A DNA stretch of 64,000 bases, taken from positions 1,920,001-1,984,000 of the forward strand of contig CAWHFW010000005.1 in NCBI GenBank assembly GCA_963828735.1. The letters are read 5' to 3'. The DNA is from an uncultured Gemmatimonadales bacterium (GTDB lineage: Bacteria; Gemmatimonadota; Gemmatimonadetes; Gemmatimonadales; GWC2-71-9). Shown here piece after piece: positions 59,148 to 64,000 of the stretch. The stretch's first letter is position 1. The number at the start of each line of letters is the position of its first letter. Position numbers and translations under genes: made by a program. Below the pieces are notes generated by a model, which was given only the letters and a program-made list of their open reading frames with translations, was not told the origin of the DNA and made no database searches.

Positions 59148-59495
59148 GTGACCCCGCGTGGCACTAGCGATGCGGGAAGCTACGCCAAGATCTACGCCGT
59201 GGTGCGTCGAATCCCGCGCGGTCGTGTCGCCACGTACGGTCAGGTGGCGGAGCTGGCCGGCCTGGCGGGGCACGCGCGGCAGGTGGGCTACGCGCTGCAC
59301 GCGCTGCCATCGGCCACGGCCCTTCCCTGGCACCGGGTCATCAACGCGAGCGGCGGCATCAGTCCCCGATCCGTGCCGGGCGCCGAGCTCACGCAGCGCC
59401 AGCTGCTGGAGGAAGAAGGCGTCGAGTTCGACCTCCGGGGTCGGGTGCGCCTGACGAAGGCGCGATGGAAAACGAAGGCCAGGAGGGCGACATGA
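59148..59495 (+). CDS. Alkyltransferase-like (ATL/YbaZ-like) protein
   Basis: IPRGRVATYGQVA, ARQVGYAL, PWHRV (Trp in place of the catalytic Cys). Confidence 0.9.
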   Translation: MTPRGTSDAGSYAKIYAVVRRIPRGRVATYGQVAELAGLAGHARQVGYALHALPSATALPWHRVINASGGISPRSVPGAELTQRQLLEEEGVEFDLRGRVRLTKARWKTKARRAT

Positions 59496-60439
59496 AGGCC
59501 GCGGGAGCTACCGCGCGATCGAGGAGCTCGAGCATGATCGTCCACGTTCTCGGCGTCCCCATGGATCTCGGCTCCGGCCGACGAGGCGTGGACATGGGAC
59601 CGTCCGCCATCCGCATCGCCGGTCTCGATGCCGCGCTCCGCGACCTGGGGCACACGGTGATCGACGACGGCGACATCGCCATCAAGAACATGGAGGAGCT
59701 CAAGGTCGGCGACGTGAACGCGCGCTACCTCGCCGAGATCGCCCGCGCCTCGACCGTGGCCTGCCGCAAGGTGGAGCGGATCATGACCCGCGGCCATTTC
59801 CCGCTCGTCCTCGGCGGCGATCACTCGATCGCGGCCGGGACGGTCTCGGGCATCGCGTCCTTCGCGCGGCGCGAGGGCAAGAAGGTCGGCCTGCTGTGGG
59901 TCGACGCGCACGGCGACATCAATACCCCCGACACGTCGCCCTCGGGCAACATCCACGGCATGCCGGTCGCGTCGTTGCTCGGCTTTGGGCCCGAGAAGCT
60001 GACCGGGATCGGCGGACGATTCCCCAAGGTGGATCCCGGGAACGTCGCCCTCGTCGGCATCCGGAGCCTCGACGAAGGCGAGAAGCGCCGCCTCAAGCAA
60101 ACGGGCGTTCAGGTCCACACGATGTCCGACATCGATCGGCACGGCATCCACCGCGTGATGAAGAAGGCGCTCGCGCGCGTCACCGACGGGACCGACTACG
60201 TGCATGTGAGCTTCGATCTCGATGCGGTGGACCCGACGGTGGCGCCCGGCGTGGGCACGCCGGTCAAAGGAGGCCTGGACTATCGCGAGGCGCACCTGAT
60301 CATGGAGCAGCTCCATGATTCCGGCGTCATGACCTCGCTCGAGCTGGTGGAGGTCAACCCGATTCTCGACCAGGGGAACGCGTCCGCCACGTTCGCGGTC
60401 GAGCTGGTGCAGTCGGCGTTTGGGAAGAGGATCCTGTAG
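59492..60439 (+). CDS. rocF: Arginase
   Basis: GVDMGP, LGGDHS, WVDAHGD, SGNIHGMP, SFDLDAVDP, EVNP; start 59492 or 59534. Confidence 0.93.
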   Translation: MKAAGATARSRSSSMIVHVLGVPMDLGSGRRGVDMGPSAIRIAGLDAALRDLGHTVIDDGDIAIKNMEELKVGDVNARYLAEIARASTVACRKVERIMTRGHFPLVLGGDHSIAAGTVSGIASFARREGKKVGLLWVDAHGDINTPDTSPSGNIHGMPVASLLGFGPEKLTGIGGRFPKVDPGNVALVGIRSLDEGEKRRLKQTGVQVHTMSDIDRHGIHRVMKKALARVTDGTDYVHVSFDLDAVDPTVAPGVGTPVKGGLDYREAHLIMEQLHDSGVMTSLELVEVNPILDQGNASATFAVELVQSAFGKRIL

Positions 60440-60556
60440 CCCGGAAGCCACAGGTGTGTCGCTCGTCACGCAGGGCAGGCGGGGCTGGGGCCGAGCGCAA
60501 ACGATCTCCGGATACAATATTGGGGAATCACCAGGCGCCCCAGCCAGGAGGTCCAC

Positions 60557-60961
60557 GTGCCTCGCATGCTCCGCGTTCCCCTCGCCGTCACGCTGCTGCT
60601 CGCCGCCGCAGGCGCGCTGGCCGCGCAGACCGGTACCAATCTCTCGCCCAGCCCGACCTTGCCCAGCGATACCCTTCAGGCCAACTACGCGCCCCGCAGC
60701 GCCGTCGGTCCGATGCCCGAGCTGGCGCCGAGCCTGCCGAGCGACACCCTCAAAGTGACTCAGCCGGCCGACCCGGCTCCCTCGGACTCGCTCGGCAGCG
60801 ATTCTTCCTCGAGCCAGGCGCAGCCCGACGACATCTTTCCGTACGCTTCACCCATGACCCCCGGGGACAGCGCGGCGCTGCGCGAGCTCAAGAGCTGGAT
60901 CGAGCGCCATCCGGGAGTGATGTCGCCGCCACCGGTGAGGGCCGTGCTCGTCCGGGTGTGA
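60557..60961 (+). CDS. Small secreted Pro/Ser-rich hypothetical protein
   Basis: AGGAGG SD with GTG start; signal peptide; internal PTLPSDTL/PSLPSDTL repeat. Confidence 0.6.
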   Translation: MPRMLRVPLAVTLLLAAAGALAAQTGTNLSPSPTLPSDTLQANYAPRSAVGPMPELAPSLPSDTLKVTQPADPAPSDSLGSDSSSSQAQPDDIFPYASPMTPGDSAALRELKSWIERHPGVMSPPPVRAVLVRV

Positions 60962-61089
60962 TCGTCGGGTCGGGCAGAAAGTGGCGAGGCGGGACCGTTG
61001 CGGAGCCAGTCATGCCCCGCCACTCATGAGATGAAGCTCGCGGCGGCCGGCGCGGCCGCCTGGGGACGCGGCTAACCGGCCTTCATCCG

Positions 61090-61454
<365 letters not shown>

Positions 61455-61610
61455 TGGGACCCGTTCTCCGTGAGGAACACCTGGTGGACTATGTGCGAGA
61501 AGGCTCCCGACTCGAAACGGCCGAAGTCGATCGCCCGGCGTCCGGAGTATGGCGGGGGTGGGTGAGCCTACGCAAACCGACGGAGCCGCAGGCGCCTCGA
61601 TGGCCGGCGC

Positions 61611-62210
61611 TCAACGCTCCACCGGTGTCGCGGGTACGATGCCGCGCTCCTGTGCGACTCGCCAGAGCGTCTTCTGCAGCATCCGCCGGCCGCGGTGCAG
61701 CCGCGAGCGCACCGTTCCCACCGGGCATCCGACCGACTCGGCGATCTGCTGGTACGAGAGGTCGTCGATGAAGTACAGGGTGGCGACGACGCGGTATTCC
61801 TCCGGCAAGGCGTCCAGCGCTTCCGCCACATGCTCGGTATCGAACTTGTCCATCATCGCGGACGCGGGATCCGGCTCCTGGCTGTGCAGGCCGACCTCGG
61901 CGGTACGGGCGTACAGGTAGAGCGCCGGCAGGTCCTCGGTGCTCACGTTATTGCGCTCGTGCTTGGCCTTCCGATGGCGGCTGTAGAACGCGTTGGTGAG
62001 GATGCGGAAGAACCACGCCTTGAAGTTGGTCCCCGGCTGAAACGATGCGAACGCGCGGAACGCGAGCAACGCCGCGTCCTGGACCAGGTCCTCTGCCTCC
62101 GTGCGGTCGCGGGTCAGCCGCACCGCGGTGCCGTACGCCATGTTCAGGATCGGCCGGAAAAGCGCCTCGAACTCCTCCTGCGCGCGGGTCGAGTCGGTGA
62201 TGGCGGTCAT
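61611..62210 (-). CDS. ECF sigma factor, SigH/SigR-like
   Basis: AEDLVQDA, FQPGTNFKAWFFRILTN, LSYQQIAESVGCPVGTVRSRLHRGR. Confidence 0.92.
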   Translation of the reverse strand: MTAITDSTRAQEEFEALFRPILNMAYGTAVRLTRDRTEAEDLVQDAALLAFRAFASFQPGTNFKAWFFRILTNAFYSRHRKAKHERNNVSTEDLPALYLYARTAEVGLHSQEPDPASAMMDKFDTEHVAEALDALPEEYRVVATLYFIDDLSYQQIAESVGCPVGTVRSRLHRGRRMLQKTLWRVAQERGIVPATPVER

Positions 62211-62476
62211 CCGGCGGCATCCTCCGTGAGAAGCTGCTCGACCAGCGGCGGACAGTTGACCAGGGCCAGGGACTGCCTGGTCAGGTCGCGCAGCAGTCGG
62301 ACCGCCCGACGGTCCAGATAGTTCACCTCGCCGAGGTCCAGCAGCACCCGCTGGTCGCCGCCGAGCAGCGCGCGGCACTCCGACTCGAGCAGGCCGACCC
62401 ACTCGGCCACGATCTGGCCTTCGGCCTTGAGGACGACGTCGGAGTCGTTGGGCGACGTGCGGGTAATGCGAAGCAT
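62207..62476 (-). CDS. Small STAS-like domain protein
   Basis: LKAEGQIVAEWV, VLLDLGEVNYLD, LVNCPPLVEQLL; ATGA overlap with the ECF gene. Confidence 0.75.
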   Translation of the reverse strand: MLRITRTSPNDSDVVLKAEGQIVAEWVGLLESECRALLGGDQRVLLDLGEVNYLDRRAVRLLRDLTRQSLALVNCPPLVEQLLTEDAAG

Positions 62477-62514
62477 GGACTTTCCTCGTTGAGGCGGGAG
62501 CACCCCTGTGTAGG

Positions 62515-62529
62515 GCAGGGCGCGTGCCG
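62515..62529 (-). promoter_or_regulatory. Sigma54 (-24/-12) promoter of the STAS-ECF operon
   Basis: Minus strand CGGCACGCGCCCTGC (GG-N10-GC), about 40 nt before ATG 62476 and just downstream of an enhancer-binding protein gene. Confidence 0.7.
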
Positions 62530-62636
62530 CTCCGCTTCATTGAGGACATCGCGTTGATTGGGAGCGACTTACAGCGAGACTGGCGGCGGGCTTTCAGCGG
62601 TGGATTGGGAAATCCCTTCGGGGTTTTCCGTGAAAG

Positions 62637-64000
<1,364 letters not shown>

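Overview
64 kb of very GC-rich chromosomal DNA from a diderm bacterium. It encodes Omp85 and other beta-barrel proteins, many lipoproteins and sigma54 activators. The gene mix suggests Gemmatimonadota, but that is inference only. I see no rRNA, tRNA, CRISPR array, transposase or prophage. The window is mostly housekeeping and stress genes. DNA repair: AlkD-like and AlkZ-like glycosylases, Ada, an ATL protein, and a ku-polDom-ligD NHEJ operon. Amino-acid metabolism: DUF1015-serA-serC, cimA, arginase and a saccharopine dehydrogenase. Thiol and redox: a flavin disulfide reductase-egtB-egtD-egtA operon, a betaine/ergothioneine-type ABC importer, sseA, qor, a thioredoxin and a SOD-like lipoprotein. 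Regulation: two sigma54 activators, a SigH/SigR-like ECF sigma, and a short Rho paralogue. Six genes carry single +1 frameshifts that look like sequencing error. The pncA-like gene looks like a true pseudogene. Best leads: (1) a possible sigma54 -> STAS + SigH-like ECF cascade, with GGAAC-N18/19-GTTAC promoters in front of thiol and ergothioneine genes; (2) an AT-rich DnaA-box/IHF cluster directly upstream of ku; (3) a disulfide reductase heading a mycobacterial-type egt operon that lacks egtC and egtE; (4) a chimeric LytR-type REC/OmpR-type wHTH regulator; (5) a Rho paralogue with an altered RNA-binding site; (6) a cimA attenuator. All family calls come from visual motif recognition; no database searches were run.
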